Shown here piece after piece: positions 1 to 10,366 of a stretch of 41,374 bases of DNA. Origin of the DNA: an uncultured Gammaproteobacteria bacterium (lineage in GTDB: Bacteria > Patescibacteriota > Microgenomatia > UBA12405). The stretch covers positions 1 to 41,374 of the forward strand of contig CAYRYK010000003.1 in assembly GCA_964428535.1 (NCBI GenBank). The letters are read 5' to 3'. A model generated the notes under the pieces. The model made no database searches and was not told the DNA's origin. It was given only the letters and a program-made list of their open reading frames with translations. Position 1 is the first letter of the stretch, and each line of letters starts with the position of its first letter. The position numbers and the translations under genes are program-made.

Positions 1-792
1 AGATTTTTCAATATAGGCAATGTTAGTTTCTAAATCTGAAGTTTTAGGCAAAGTAATATCGTACTTAAAAGTACCATCGATCATACCAGTGGTAATATCA
101 TAGGCATATTCGCCAACGTTATTGGTGCTTTCGGGTAAATTTAATTCACTAGTTTTGACTCTTTTAATTTTTAGAGTCGATAATAAAGATTCGTTAGTTG
201 GAAGACATTTGAAAGTGACGGTAACATTGTTGTCTTGAGGAAAAATATACTTAACACCTAGTTTTACTTTTTCTTTGGTTTCGTAAATATCTTTTTCTTG
301 ATTATAATTCCAATCTACAGCAACACTATCAGTGATAATTTCAGAACCAGTTAAACAACTTTGAGTAATAATCGGTTCGACTGTTTTTTCTGGAGTTGGA
401 GTAACTGTTGGAATTTCAGTTGGGGTAGCACTTGGTTCTGAAGGAGTTGAATTATTTGAAGGTTCGGGATTTTCTGAAACCTCAGGAGCAATTGTTATTT
501 CTGGAGTAGCAGTGGCTTCTGGTGAAGGAGAAATTTCGAACTCAGGTGTTGGTTCGATTGATGGGGAAATCTCAGGAGTGACAGTTGGTTCTGGAGTAAT
601 TGATGGATTTTCTGATGGAGTGGGAGAATTTTCTGGAGTAGGGCTAACCTCAACAATTGCAGGCGCAGCTTCTTCCGGCACTTGAGCATAAGCAGGTTGG
701 GCGGCGATAACAAAAGGCAAAAAAGTATTCAAGAATAAGGACAAATTCGCAAGAATCGAAGCAGTTTTTCTTGCAATACCGAAGTATCTCAT
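1..792 (-). CDS. Secreted or surface protein with Pro/Thr/Glu-rich linker; 3' end truncated by the window edge
   Basis: Hand-translated from ATG at 792 to base 1 without a stop (264 codons). The N-terminus MRYFGIARKTASILANLSLFLNTFLPFVIAAQPAYA/QVPEE looks like a signal peptide. About 110 aa of PE/PT/PS low-complexity linker follow, then a beta-rich domain. It is absent from the ORF track because it is truncated; the listed 495..713 ORF is an off-frame artefact. Confidence 0.6.
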   Translation of the reverse strand, partial: MRYFGIARKTASILANLSLFLNTFLPFVIAAQPAYAQVPEEAAPAIVEVSPTPENSPTPSENPSITPEPTVTPEISPSIEPTPEFEISPSPEATATPEITIAPEVSENPEPSNNSTPSEPSATPTEIPTVTPTPEKTVEPIITQSCLTGSEIITDSVAVDWNYNQEKDIYETKEKVKLGVKYIFPQDNNVTVTFKCLPTNESLLSTLKIKRVKTSELNLPESTNNVGEYAYDITTGMIDGTFKYDITLPKTSDLETNIAYIEKS

Positions 793-913
793 AGGTCGAT
801 ATTGTGAAAATAATTGTTAAAAGGACTCTGACGGGAGTATATCGTTTTTTTATAAGATTACAAGAGTCTTAAGAAAGGCTGAAAATTATTTTTTAAAAAG
901 TGTAAATATTTTT

Positions 914-1735
914 TTAAAATACCTTTACAACAACAGCGGTCATATCGTCTGGGGTAGAGCGAGAGTCATTTTCTTGGCTGCGTTTGTAGGCTCGTTTGAC
1001 AAATTTTTGGCTAATGGTTTCAAGATCTTCATGACGATTTTTTTTGTAAGTAGATAATATTTCACGCTTAGTTAAATTCTTGTGAACACCGTCGGTGACT
1101 AAAAGTAAAACATCTTTTGACTCTAAATCAATTTCGGTAATAGTTGGAATAACGCCGTGTTGACCATAAAGTTGACCAACTATATGATCATTGTGAACAT
1201 AATATTGTTTAAATTTTTCTAGTTTTTTACCCTTGAGGTCGTCTAAGCGATCTTGATTGGGATAAGAAACATAATTTTGGTCTCGGGTTTCTTTGTATAA
1301 AACATTGTGACGAATAAGGTAAGCCCGACTATCACCAACATTAGCGATAAAAGCTCGGCGCTTACCGGCAGGACTAGTGACGATCACACCAAAAACACCA
1401 GTTGAATAACCCTCGGTGATAGCTGAATTAACTTTGGTAGAAAGATATTGAAGTGACTCTTTAATTTCGTTATTGTTTAAACTAGAGAGAGTTTTGGACA
1501 TTTCAGATAAATATTGAGGGACTAATTTTGAACAGGTTTCAGCGGCTGATTTTCCATTAGGAGCACCAGTGACACCATCAAAAACACCAAAAGATTGATG
1601 AAGTGGATCGATAAAAAAAGAATCTTGATTATCTTTAGGGCAGTTATTTTTTGACTGGGTAACACCAGACATTTTTATTTCTCGAGACTTTTTTTCGGGG
1701 ATAGCAGAAAAATCAAATGGTTCATGTTCCGGCAT
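914..1735 (-). CDS. PP2C-family Ser/Thr protein phosphatase
   Basis: PP2C blocks are present: FGVFDGVTG, VGDSRAYL, LLLVTDGV and a C-terminal DDMTAVVVKV. Confidence 0.85.
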   Translation of the reverse strand: MPEHEPFDFSAIPEKKSREIKMSGVTQSKNNCPKDNQDSFFIDPLHQSFGVFDGVTGAPNGKSAAETCSKLVPQYLSEMSKTLSSLNNNEIKESLQYLSTKVNSAITEGYSTGVFGVIVTSPAGKRRAFIANVGDSRAYLIRHNVLYKETRDQNYVSYPNQDRLDDLKGKKLEKFKQYYVHNDHIVGQLYGQHGVIPTITEIDLESKDVLLLVTDGVHKNLTKREILSTYKKNRHEDLETISQKFVKRAYKRSQENDSRSTPDDMTAVVVKVF

Positions 1736-1758
1736 TAATGAATGCTAACATGACAAGC

Positions 1759-2082
1759 TTAAAAAGTGTAAATAATTTTTTCGAAATCGATGATTTTATT
1801 ATTTTTGTCGACTTTAATTCCCTCTTGTTGATAAAGTTGGTCGCGCCATTTATTATGCTCCGGGTCAAACCAAATTTTGCCATTGCTATAGACAATTCGA
1901 TGAAAAGGGATTTTATCAACATCGGGTGATTTAGATAAGATCGTGGTGATCATGCGGGACATCATGGGATGGCCACCGGCAGCAGCACAAATAATACCGT
2001 AAGTAGTGACTCGACCTGATGGAATTTGAAGGGCCAATTGCCAAACTTTTTGATAAAAAAGAGAGGGAGATTTTTTAGTCAT
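1759..2082 (-). CDS. MGMT-fold DNA-binding protein, alkyltransferase-like (ATL/YbaZ-type), lacking the acceptor Cys
   Basis: It has the methylated-DNA-protein-cysteine methyltransferase C-terminal fold (YQKVWQLALQIPSGRVTTYG...). The PCHR active site reads IPFHRIV, with codons cct ttt cat cga at 1897-1908. Confidence 0.8.
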   Translation of the reverse strand: MTKKSPSLFYQKVWQLALQIPSGRVTTYGIICAAAGGHPMMSRMITTILSKSPDVDKIPFHRIVYSNGKIWFDPEHNKWRDQLYQQEGIKVDKNNKIIDFEKIIYTF

Positions 2083-2845
2083 TTAGAATAGCTAGGTTAT
2101 TAACCTTATCACCACAATCGTCAACTTGATAGCCGTTTTTGACTAAAAGATTGGCGGCAGCAGTTTTATCGGATGGAGATAAATTGCAGTGTTCATAAAT
2201 AATTATCTTTGGTTTAATTTTAGAAAAATTGATTTGTTTAAGAACTTGGTAATCGAAACCTTCAGTGTCGACCATTAAAACATCAACGTGTTTGATGTGA
2301 TGTTTGGCAAAAATATTTTGAAGAGGAAGAGTGGGTAATTTTTGACAGGTTAAAAACTCTTTGAGTCTAGGCCAAATATGAAGATATTTTGAATAAACTT
2401 TTTTTTGATTTAAATCAAAAGAGCCAATCTGGTCATAACCGGATTTAAGAACATTATTTTTTCGAATAAACCAAAAATCGGTAAAACCGACAGAATTGCC
2501 AAGGGCAACATTTTCTAAAATAACGTTAAGGGTATGACGATAAGCTTGTTGGAGACGAGAAAAAACATGAGGGACTGGTTCAACCATAAGACCAGACCAT
2601 TTTTTGGTGATAATAAATTCACGTAAAGGGTCACCAGAAATACCATCATTAGAACCAATGCTAACAAAAAAAACTTTTGAGTGTTGTTGAGAGAATTTTA
2701 AAAGAGCGTCACGAATAGGATTGTGCTCGCGAAAAGATTCTGGAAATTTCCAATAAATACGGTATAAAATACCTTTGATAAAAACAGAATGGATAAGTTT
2801 TTGACGGAAAAATTGAATTGGCCCAGAAAAAATTTTTTGGAACAT
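2075..2845 (-). CDS. FkbM-family SAM-dependent methyltransferase
   Basis: FVSIGSNDGISGDPL (the IGAN-G-like motif) and VDVLMVDTEGFDYQVL are typical of FkbM methyltransferases. Confidence 0.8.
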   Translation of the reverse strand: MFQKIFSGPIQFFRQKLIHSVFIKGILYRIYWKFPESFREHNPIRDALLKFSQQHSKVFFVSIGSNDGISGDPLREFIITKKWSGLMVEPVPHVFSRLQQAYRHTLNVILENVALGNSVGFTDFWFIRKNNVLKSGYDQIGSFDLNQKKVYSKYLHIWPRLKEFLTCQKLPTLPLQNIFAKHHIKHVDVLMVDTEGFDYQVLKQINFSKIKPKIIIYEHCNLSPSDKTAAANLLVKNGYQVDDCGDKVNNLAILND

Positions 2846-2860
2846 TGGTTAGTTTAATGA

Positions 2861-3115
2861 TTACTTTTGAGTGTAGCAGGAAATAAAATTTATTTTTTCG
2901 GCACGAGTTAATTTTTTGATGCGGGCTTCTTCGACCGAAGCTTCGGAGCGATTATTAAATTCTTTTGAATAAATTAATTTTACTGGACGACGAACTTTGG
3001 TATATTTGGCACCGATTTTGGAAGTGTTGTGTTCTTTGATTCGGCGTTCTAAATTAGTGGTAATACCGGTGTAAAAAGTGTTGTCAGAACATTGGAGAAT
3101 ATAAACGAAGTACAT
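2861..3115 (-). CDS. GIY-YIG domain protein (UPF0213-like small nuclease)
   Basis: MYFVYILQCSDNTFYTGITTNLERRIKEHN is the canonical GIY-YIG N-terminus. The protein is only 84 aa. Confidence 0.85.
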   Translation of the reverse strand: MYFVYILQCSDNTFYTGITTNLERRIKEHNTSKIGAKYTKVRRPVKLIYSKEFNNRSEASVEEARIKKLTRAEKINFISCYTQK

Positions 3116-4278
3116 TATTTTTTCTTCTCTACAAAATATTTTTTACCTTTTAATTTTTCTGGTAACAAAGATTCCTTGGAATACATTTCATAACCTTGGC
3201 CGTAGCCGGCGTCTTTCATCAATTTAGTTTCGGCATTGCGCAAATTCATCGGAATTGGAAGATTGCCTAAATTTTCCACATCACGGCTGGCAAGTTTGAA
3301 AGCTTCATACGATTCGCGACTCTTTGGTGATTTAGCCAAATAAGTAACACCGTGAGCTAAATTAATAGAACATTCGGGATAGCCAATTTGAGTGACGGCT
3401 TGAAAAACTTGATTAGCCAACATTAAGGCGGAAGAATTGGCAATACCAATATCTTCACTGGCAAAAATTACCATCCGACGGGCAATAAATTTGGGATCTT
3501 CGCCAGCATTAATCATGCGAGCTAAATAATAAAGAGCGGCATCAACATTACTGGCACGCATACTTTTGATGAAAGCCGAAATAGTGTTGTAATGTTCTTC
3601 GCCTTTTTTGTCGAAGCGCAAGAATTTATTTTGAAGAGTATTAACCAAATCTTCTTTACCTAATTTATTGTAAAGAGTAAAAGCGTTGTCGATCATGGTG
3701 AGAGCTTGGCGAGCGTCACCATTGGCCATTTTGATTAACCATTCTTTAGCATCTTTGGTAATTTTAGTTTTAAGAATTTTGACAGCGCGAGTGATAACTT
3801 CACCAATTTCATCATCAGACAATTCATTGAGAATAAAAACACGACATCGGGAAAGAAGTGGAGAAATGACCTCAAAACTGGGATTTTCGGTAGTGGCACC
3901 AATGAGGGTTAATATCCCCGATTCAACATAAGGCAACAAAAAATCTTGTTGGGCTTTGTTGAAACGGTGAATTTCATCAAGAAATAAAACTTTTTTATAA
4001 AGAGTGGGATTGTTACCGGCAACAATTTTTTTGATATCGTCTTTACTAGCAGAAACTGCGGATAACTCGTAAATTTCGGCTTGAGCTTCTTTGGCTAAAA
4101 TTTTGGCTAGAGTGGTTTTGCCAACTCCGGGAGGACCCCAAAAAATCATAGAAAAAATTTGATGATTTTCGATGGCCAAACGAAGGGGTTTACCCTCGCC
4201 GACCAAGTGTTTTTGACCAATAAATTCGTCGAGATTTTGAGGGCGAAGAATTGAGGCTAATGGTTGGGATAAAGTCAT
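3115..4278 (-). CDS. rarA: Replication-associated recombination protein A (AAA+ ATPase RarA/MgsA)
   Basis: Walker A GPPGVGKTTLA and Walker B FLDEIHRFNK are present, as is the MgsA C-terminal block SEDIGIANSSAL...YLAKSPKS. Confidence 0.92.
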   Translation of the reverse strand: MTLSQPLASILRPQNLDEFIGQKHLVGEGKPLRLAIENHQIFSMIFWGPPGVGKTTLAKILAKEAQAEIYELSAVSASKDDIKKIVAGNNPTLYKKVLFLDEIHRFNKAQQDFLLPYVESGILTLIGATTENPSFEVISPLLSRCRVFILNELSDDEIGEVITRAVKILKTKITKDAKEWLIKMANGDARQALTMIDNAFTLYNKLGKEDLVNTLQNKFLRFDKKGEEHYNTISAFIKSMRASNVDAALYYLARMINAGEDPKFIARRMVIFASEDIGIANSSALMLANQVFQAVTQIGYPECSINLAHGVTYLAKSPKSRESYEAFKLASRDVENLGNLPIPMNLRNAETKLMKDAGYGQGYEMYSKESLLPEKLKGKKYFVEKKK

Positions 4279-4319
4279 TTTTGTTTTGGGTAATATTCGG
4301 GTATTAGACTCAGTATAGA

Positions 4320-4988
4320 CTAGATATGTTTGATGGTCAATTGGGGAACAAAAATTTCGTCGTCACAATTAAGAATAAAATTGATGGCTTTGACAACTTG
4401 GTCTGGGTGAATACTTTTGGAAAGATCGGTATGAGTATTTTGAGTAAATTTTGTATTCATTACTCCAGGATGAATATCAACGACTTTGATGTGACTGTTG
4501 GCTAATTCTAATTGGAGTGATTCAGCGAAACCAGTGAGAGCCCATTTGGAGGCATGATAAACCGAATTGTTGGCTTTGGGGTGGAGACCAGCAGTGGAAT
4601 TGATATTAATAATAGTGCCCGATTTTTGTTTTTTAAAAACGGGGACTAAAATGTTGGCAGAAAAAATTGGGGCCAAACAATTAACTTCAAAAACTTTTTT
4701 GATACGGTCAGGATTATTGGTTTGAATAGGACCATCAATATAAACACCGGCATTATTGATAAAGACGTCAATTCGTTGGTATTTTTGAAGGATATCTTTG
4801 ATAGCTTCAGAAAGACTTTCAAAGTCAGAAACATCGCAAGAATAAAAATCACAATCTAAATGATGAGCAACAGTTTTGACTGCCGGATCAATGTCTAAAA
4901 TAATTACTTGGTTTTTGGCAGAAAAGAAAGCGGCAAGTTCCCGCCCAAGACCACTAGCACCACCAGTAATACAAATAACTTGTTTCAT
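4320..4988 (-). CDS. Short-chain dehydrogenase/reductase (SDR) family oxidoreductase
   Basis: It has the ITGGASGLGRELA Rossmann motif, NNAG, and the YHASK catalytic YxxxK. Confidence 0.85.
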   Translation of the reverse strand: MKQVICITGGASGLGRELAAFFSAKNQVIILDIDPAVKTVAHHLDCDFYSCDVSDFESLSEAIKDILQKYQRIDVFINNAGVYIDGPIQTNNPDRIKKVFEVNCLAPIFSANILVPVFKKQKSGTIININSTAGLHPKANNSVYHASKWALTGFAESLQLELANSHIKVVDIHPGVMNTKFTQNTHTDLSKSIHPDQVVKAINFILNCDDEIFVPQLTIKHI

Positions 4989-5046
4989 TAATTAATTTTG
5001 GCAAAACTGAGTCATAATTACAATGTATAATCGAGTACTTTAGTTT

Positions 5047-5976
5047 ATGAAAGCAAAAAAGAAAGACAAAAAAAATAAACTAATAATAATTTTCCCAATA
5101 TTGGGAGTATTGTTGATAGTTATGGCGGGGATTTTGGAGTATGCAATTAAAAATTCAGGTAGAAAAATATTAAATTCTGGTTTGGTAGTAAATAAAATAA
5201 AAGAAGTAAGGACTCCAGAAATACCAGTAATAACAGAAATTCCGACATTGGCGCCATCACCGACATCAACTATAGCGGCAACACCAATTTCTTTTGAAGA
5301 GATGAATAAAAATTATGGACCGTGCGCTAGGGTAAATACTTTGATGTATCACCATATTCAAGATGAGGAAACGGCAAAAAAGAATGGACAAACTGGTTTG
5401 ACAGTAACACCGGATTTTTTTAGAAAACACTTACAATATATAAAAGATAATGGATATAGCGTAATTACGATGGCTGATTTGAAAAATTTTTTTAATGGTG
5501 TAACAACTTTACCCAAAAAACCGGTGTTAATTACGATTGATGATGGGTATAAAGATAATTACGAAATGGCTTATCCAATATTGAAAGAATTTGGTTTTAG
5601 AGCGACAATATTTACAGCGACTGGTTTATTAAATAACCCCGGTTATATGAGTTGGGATGATTTGAATCAAATGAAAGATTTAGTTTATTTTGGTAATCAT
5701 ACTTGGTCACATCATAGTTCCGCTGGAACTAAAGAAAAACAAACTGAAGAAATTACTTTGGCAGATAAGCAACTAAGGGATCATGGATTAAATTCAGATA
5801 AAATTTTTGCTTATCCTTATGGAGGAGCAAGTAAAGCAGCTGAAGAAGTTTTGAGAGATAATGGTTATGAGATATCTTTTACTACAGTCCATGGAAATAT
5901 TTTATGTAAAGGTAAATCGTTGGAATTGCCCAGAATAAGAGTTGGCAATGCCTCATTAAAATCATATGGGTTATAA
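5047..5976 (+). CDS. Membrane-anchored polysaccharide deacetylase (CE4 family)
   Basis: It has an N-terminal TM helix, [11 protein letters not shown] (the TFDDG-type motif) and the HTWSH His pair. Confidence 0.8.
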   Translation: MKAKKKDKKNKLIIIFPILGVLLIVMAGILEYAIKNSGRKILNSGLVVNKIKEVRTPEIPVITEIPTLAPSPTSTIAATPISFEEMNKNYGPCARVNTLMYHHIQDEETAKKNGQTGLTVTPDFFRKHLQYIKDNGYSVITMADLKNFFNGVTTLPKKPVLITIDDGYKDNYEMAYPILKEFGFRATIFTATGLLNNPGYMSWDDLNQMKDLVYFGNHTWSHHSSAGTKEKQTEEITLADKQLRDHGLNSDKIFAYPYGGASKAAEEVLRDNGYEISFTTVHGNILCKGKSLELPRIRVGNASLKSYGL

Positions 5977-6622
5977 AAAGAAAATATTATTGTTAGTGCC
6001 ATTAATTTTGATTTTGGCGGGGATTAATTTGGCACCTTATGTAGTCAGGTTGATGTCGAGACAAAATGAAATAAATCCAGAAAATTTAACCGAAGAATAT
6101 GATGCATCAGCAAAGGAAGGAATTTTTAATAATAAAATAGTAGAAGTACCACAAATTACGCCGATTATTGAGCCAGTATTAGGTGAATCAACAGAAAATA
6201 CTTCAACAAATAAAAGAATAGAGGTTGACCTAGCCAAACAACGAGCTTACGCATATGAGGGCGACAGATTGGTTTATGATTTTCTGATTTCATCTGGAAC
6301 TTGGGGAAGAACACCAAATGGGACTTTTAAAATTTGGACAAAAGTTAGATCACAAAAAATGTCGGGCGGGTCAAAGGAGCTGGGAACTTATTATTATTTA
6401 CCTAATGTACAAAATGTAATGTTTTTTTATAACGATAGTTATGAGAGAAAATTGGGTTTTAGTTTTCATCAAGCATATTGGCATAATAATTTTGGAGTGC
6501 CAATGTCGCATGGATGTATTAATATGACAACAGCTGATTCAGCTAAACTTTATGAATGGGCTGAAGTGGGAACATCGGTAGTTATTTTTGGAAAATACCA
6601 AACAATATTACCTAAAGTATGA
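5966..6622 (+). CDS. L,D-transpeptidase (YkuD domain)
   Basis: It has an N-terminal TM helix and the catalytic SHGCINM motif. It overlaps the upstream gene by 11 nt. Confidence 0.85.
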   Translation: MGYKKKILLLVPLILILAGINLAPYVVRLMSRQNEINPENLTEEYDASAKEGIFNNKIVEVPQITPIIEPVLGESTENTSTNKRIEVDLAKQRAYAYEGDRLVYDFLISSGTWGRTPNGTFKIWTKVRSQKMSGGSKELGTYYYLPNVQNVMFFYNDSYERKLGFSFHQAYWHNNFGVPMSHGCINMTTADSAKLYEWAEVGTSVVIFGKYQTILPKV

Positions 6623-7935
6623 TTTATTTAATAATATTACTTAGTTTGGGTTTGAGATTGGTAGGGATTAATCAGTCGATGTGGTTAGATGAATCAATTT
6701 CGGCTAATATTGCCAAATTACCAATAGAAAAAATTATTCCCCAATTTAGTGTAGGTGATTTTCATCCACCGTTATTTTATTTAGTTTTGGATTTATGGGT
6801 AAAGTTAGTAGGAAGTGGGGTGATTCAAATGCGAATATTATCAGTAATATTTTCGTTGATTACGATTGGAGTAATTTATAAAATTGGGATTTTATTGAAA
6901 GATAAAAAAACTGGGCTATGGGCAGCAGCTTTGGCCGGAGCTAATCCCCTGCTAATTTATTATTCCCAGGAATTAAGAATGTATTCGATGATGACGATGT
7001 TTTTGGTGGGAGCAGTTTATTTTTGGATAAAAATTGTAAAAAATAAAGAAACGAAAAAATCTTGGTGGATAGGTTTTAATTTGATGATATTTTTGTCATT
7101 TTTAACTTTTTACGGCTCAGTATTTTTAAGTGCGGCATTAATTTTATATTTAATTTGGCAAAGAAAATTAAAGGGATTTTTTGGTTCGGTTTGGGGATTA
7201 TTGCTGGCAATTGGAGTAATATCGCCATTGCTGTTGACCCAATTGAAGATGTCGGGACAGATGTTAAACCAAGTAACTAATTGGAGCCTAGTGTTGGGTC
7301 AAGTTAATTTAAAAAATTTAATTTTAATTCCATTGAAGTTTAGTATTGGCCGAGTGAGTTGGTACCCCAAGAACTGGTATTACTTAGTTGGTGGTGTCTG
7401 GAGTTTGATAGTTTTTGGTTTAGCGGTAAAACAGATGATTAAAGATAAAAAATTATTGTGGCTATTGATATCTCCGATAGTATTGGGAATTTTATTTTCG
7501 TTTAAATCACCATTAATGCAGTATTTTCGATTTATATATTTAGTCCCAATATTGGCTTTGGCACTGGCAGAAATTAAAAATAAATGGATAAAATTAGGAT
7601 TGTTGTTAGGGTTTTTGGGATTTAGTGGATTTTATTTACTTAATTCCAATATGTATCGAGAAGATTGGAAAAGTGTGGCGGCGAGTTTGGGAAATGGGAC
7701 CAAAGTTTATATGATTGAATCGTTTAGTGACCCAATTAAGTTTTATAATTCGACAATTTTAATAAAAGACATTAAAACAATTAAACCGGCAGAGGATAAA
7801 GTAACATTAATTCCTTATGGAGAAGTTATTCATGGGATCGATACTAAAAAAGAGATGGAAAGTTTGGGCTATAAGTTGATTAAGGAAAATAGTTTTCGGG
7901 AAGTAACAACTGAAGAATGGCAAAAACAAAAATAA
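6619..7935 (+). CDS. GT-C fold glycosyltransferase (ArnT / family 39-like), polytopic membrane protein
   Basis: It has about 11 predicted TM helices and a first-loop WLDES acidic motif typical of GT-C enzymes. Its start overlaps the L,D-transpeptidase stop as ATGA. Confidence 0.7.
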   Translation: MIYLIILLSLGLRLVGINQSMWLDESISANIAKLPIEKIIPQFSVGDFHPPLFYLVLDLWVKLVGSGVIQMRILSVIFSLITIGVIYKIGILLKDKKTGLWAAALAGANPLLIYYSQELRMYSMMTMFLVGAVYFWIKIVKNKETKKSWWIGFNLMIFLSFLTFYGSVFLSAALILYLIWQRKLKGFFGSVWGLLLAIGVISPLLLTQLKMSGQMLNQVTNWSLVLGQVNLKNLILIPLKFSIGRVSWYPKNWYYLVGGVWSLIVFGLAVKQMIKDKKLLWLLISPIVLGILFSFKSPLMQYFRFIYLVPILALALAEIKNKWIKLGLLLGFLGFSGFYLLNSNMYREDWKSVAASLGNGTKVYMIESFSDPIKFYNSTILIKDIKTIKPAEDKVTLIPYGEVIHGIDTKKEMESLGYKLIKENSFREVTTEEWQKQK

Positions 7936-8016
7936 TCTAGTTTTCGGTGGAGATACGTTTTATTTAAACATGGATTTTAAAATAAATAAATACCTTTATT
8001 TTACTGATTAAAGGTT

Positions 8017-8022
8017 TAGAAT
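8017..8022 (+). promoter_or_regulatory. Candidate -10 box (TAGAAT) for pyrG, 7 nt from the ATG
   Basis: The sequence reads ggtTTAGAATtatcttcATG, which is leaderless-type geometry. Confidence 0.35.
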
Positions 8023-8029
8023 TATCTTC

Positions 8030-9712
8030 ATGAAATATATATTTATATCTGGTGGCGTAGTTAGTGGTTTAGGCAAAGGTATTACCTCGGCTGCAATTGG
8101 TTTGGTCTTAAAATCAAAAGGTTATAAAGTAACCAATATTAAGATTGACATGTATTTAAATGTGGACGCTGGGACGATTAGACCACAAGAGCATGGTGAA
8201 GTATTTGTAACCCAAGACGGATTAGAAACAGACCAAGATTTAGGTAATTACGAAAGATTTATTGGTGAGTCATTACATAAAGATAATTACATTACCACTG
8301 GTCAGGTTTATAAATCGGTTATAGATAGAGAGAGAGCTTTTGGCTATGATGGTGAAGATGTAGAAGCTATTCCTCACGTAACAGATGAAATAATAAACAG
8401 AATTAATAATGCAGGAAAGATGAACAAGGCTGACATTGTAATAGTTGAATTAGGTGGAACTGTGGGTGAATATCAAAATAGTTTGTTTTTTGAAGCAAGT
8501 AGAATATTAAGATTAAAACAGCCTGGGGATGTTTTACAAATTCATGTAACCTACTTGCCTTTTTTGAAACATTTGGGTGAATTGAAAAGTAAACCGGCTC
8601 AACAATCGACAAGATTATTAAATTCGATGGGGATTCAGCCTGATTTTATTGTCACTAGAAGTGAACAATCGATTGATGATAAAAGAAAAGAGAAAATTTG
8701 TGTTTTCTGTAATGTCAAAAAAGATAATGTAATCGATGATCCAGATTTGGATAGCGTTTACAAATTACCGGAACATTTTAATGAACAAAAGTTTGGAGAA
8801 AAAATTTTGAAAGAATTAGGATTGAAAGTAAGAGGAAGTGGCCTTGAATTAAAAGAGTGGATTAATTTTGTTAAAAATAAAGAAGAATCAAAGAGAACAG
8901 TAAAGATTGCTATGGTAGGTAAATATTTTGCAACTGGCGATTATAAATTGACTGATTCTTACATTTCAGTAATTGAGGCTATAAAACAAGCAGCTTGGAC
9001 GATGAAGATAAATCCTGAACTGTCATGGATTGACAGCACCGAACTTGATGAGGGTAAAGTTAATTTAAATGGGTTTGATGGAATAATTGTTCCTCAGGGT
9101 TGGGGCAGCAGAGGAACTGAGGGGAAAATTAAAGCAGTGAAATTTGCTAGAGAGAATAAAATTCCCTACTTAGGCTTATGTTTTGGAATGCAAATGGCAG
9201 TAATTGAGTTTGCAAGAGACGTATTGAAACTTAATGGTGCTAATTCAGCTGAGGTTGATTCAAAAACTAAATATCCAGTAATTCATATAATGCCGGATCA
9301 ATTGGAATATTTAAAGAAAAAACAGTATGGTGGAACAATCAGACTTGGTTCTTGGCCATGTAAATTAACACCAGGTACAAGGTTGGCTGAGGCTTATAAA
9401 AAGTATGGTGATAACAAGGAAGCTCCATGGCACAATGAGGATAACTTTAAAACTGTTGATAAAACTAATGTAATTTTTGAAAGACATCGTCATCGTTATG
9501 AAGTTAATAGTGAATATAGAGAACAATTAGAAAAAGCTGGGATGGTTATTTCTGGAACTTCACCTGATGGTCAATTAGTAGAAGCAGTTGAGTTAAAGGA
9601 GCATCCATTTTTTGTCGGGACACAATTTCATCCAGAATATATTGCTAGACCATTGATGCCACATCCAGTATTTATGGCTTTTATCGAAGCTATTAATAAG
9701 AATAAAAAATGA
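8030..9712 (+). CDS. pyrG: CTP synthase
   Basis: The N-terminal synthase motif is MKYIFISGGVVSGLGKGI. The glutaminase domain has GLCFGMQ and HRHRYEVN. Confidence 0.97.
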   Translation: MKYIFISGGVVSGLGKGITSAAIGLVLKSKGYKVTNIKIDMYLNVDAGTIRPQEHGEVFVTQDGLETDQDLGNYERFIGESLHKDNYITTGQVYKSVIDRERAFGYDGEDVEAIPHVTDEIINRINNAGKMNKADIVIVELGGTVGEYQNSLFFEASRILRLKQPGDVLQIHVTYLPFLKHLGELKSKPAQQSTRLLNSMGIQPDFIVTRSEQSIDDKRKEKICVFCNVKKDNVIDDPDLDSVYKLPEHFNEQKFGEKILKELGLKVRGSGLELKEWINFVKNKEESKRTVKIAMVGKYFATGDYKLTDSYISVIEAIKQAAWTMKINPELSWIDSTELDEGKVNLNGFDGIIVPQGWGSRGTEGKIKAVKFARENKIPYLGLCFGMQMAVIEFARDVLKLNGANSAEVDSKTKYPVIHIMPDQLEYLKKKQYGGTIRLGSWPCKLTPGTRLAEAYKKYGDNKEAPWHNEDNFKTVDKTNVIFERHRHRYEVNSEYREQLEKAGMVISGTSPDGQLVEAVELKEHPFFVGTQFHPEYIARPLMPHPVFMAFIEAINKNKK

Positions 9713-9745
9713 AAGAAATACTTGAATTTAAGTGTTTGTTGATAA

Positions 9746-10366
9746 GTGGAGGGATGGTTAGTGGTTAAAAAGGGGTTGTTTGTAGTAATTTATGGGTTGG
9801 ATGGTGTAGGTAAGTCGACAGTGGTTTCTTGTTTGTCAAAAAGTACTGAATTTCGAAATGCAGTAAATTTTGATAGCTATAAAAAAGAAATAAATAATCC
9901 GTATGTTTTATCAAAAGATAGAGTTTTGCAATTAGGAATGAATGATGTTGAGTTTTTTCATTATGTTGGGTCAAACATTTTTCAGGGTAGAGTTATTTCC
10001 GAGTTATTAGATAGCGGAAAAATTGTTTTAAAGAGTCGATGGTATTTGGATATTTTGGCTGATTTTAATCATAGAGGTCTGAAAATAACGGATTTAATTG
10101 GAGATAAAATACCATTTTTGATCCCAGATTTATCAGTTTTACTGGTGGCAAGTGATGATGTTAGGATGGAGAGAATTAATTTGAGGATGGATGTGCCAAA
10201 TGAAAATGACTTAAATTTAAAAAGATCAGGAATAATATCTGAGTATTTTAATAGAGCTTTCTCTAAGTATCCATATAGTTCGAAAAATTTTATTCGAATT
10301 GAAACTGATAGAAAAAAACCTGAAGATGTAGCAACTATAATTGAAAATTATATATTCAATGAATAA
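9746..10366 (+). CDS. Thymidylate-kinase-like P-loop (d)NMP kinase
   Basis: It has the P-loop VVIYGLDGVGKST and an SRWYLD block at the position of the Tmk DRY motif. The start is GTG and the exact start is uncertain. Confidence 0.6.
   Translation: MEGWLVVKKGLFVVIYGLDGVGKSTVVSCLSKSTEFRNAVNFDSYKKEINNPYVLSKDRVLQLGMNDVEFFHYVGSNIFQGRVISELLDSGKIVLKSRWYLDILADFNHRGLKITDLIGDKIPFLIPDLSVLLVASDDVRMERINLRMDVPNENDLNLKRSGIISEYFNRAFSKYPYSSKNFIRIETDRKKPEDVATIIENYIFNE

Noticed and set aside
495-713. 72-aa Leu/Gln-rich minus-strand ORF
   Set aside because: It is an off-frame reading of the PT/PE-rich linker of the real truncated gene at 1..792, whose frame stays open from a signal-peptide start to the window edge.
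2861-3115. GIY-YIG gene as a homing endonuclease or mobile element
   Set aside because: It is only 84 aa (UPF0213-type catalytic domain alone), has no DNA-binding extension, is not inserted into another gene and has no flanking repeats.
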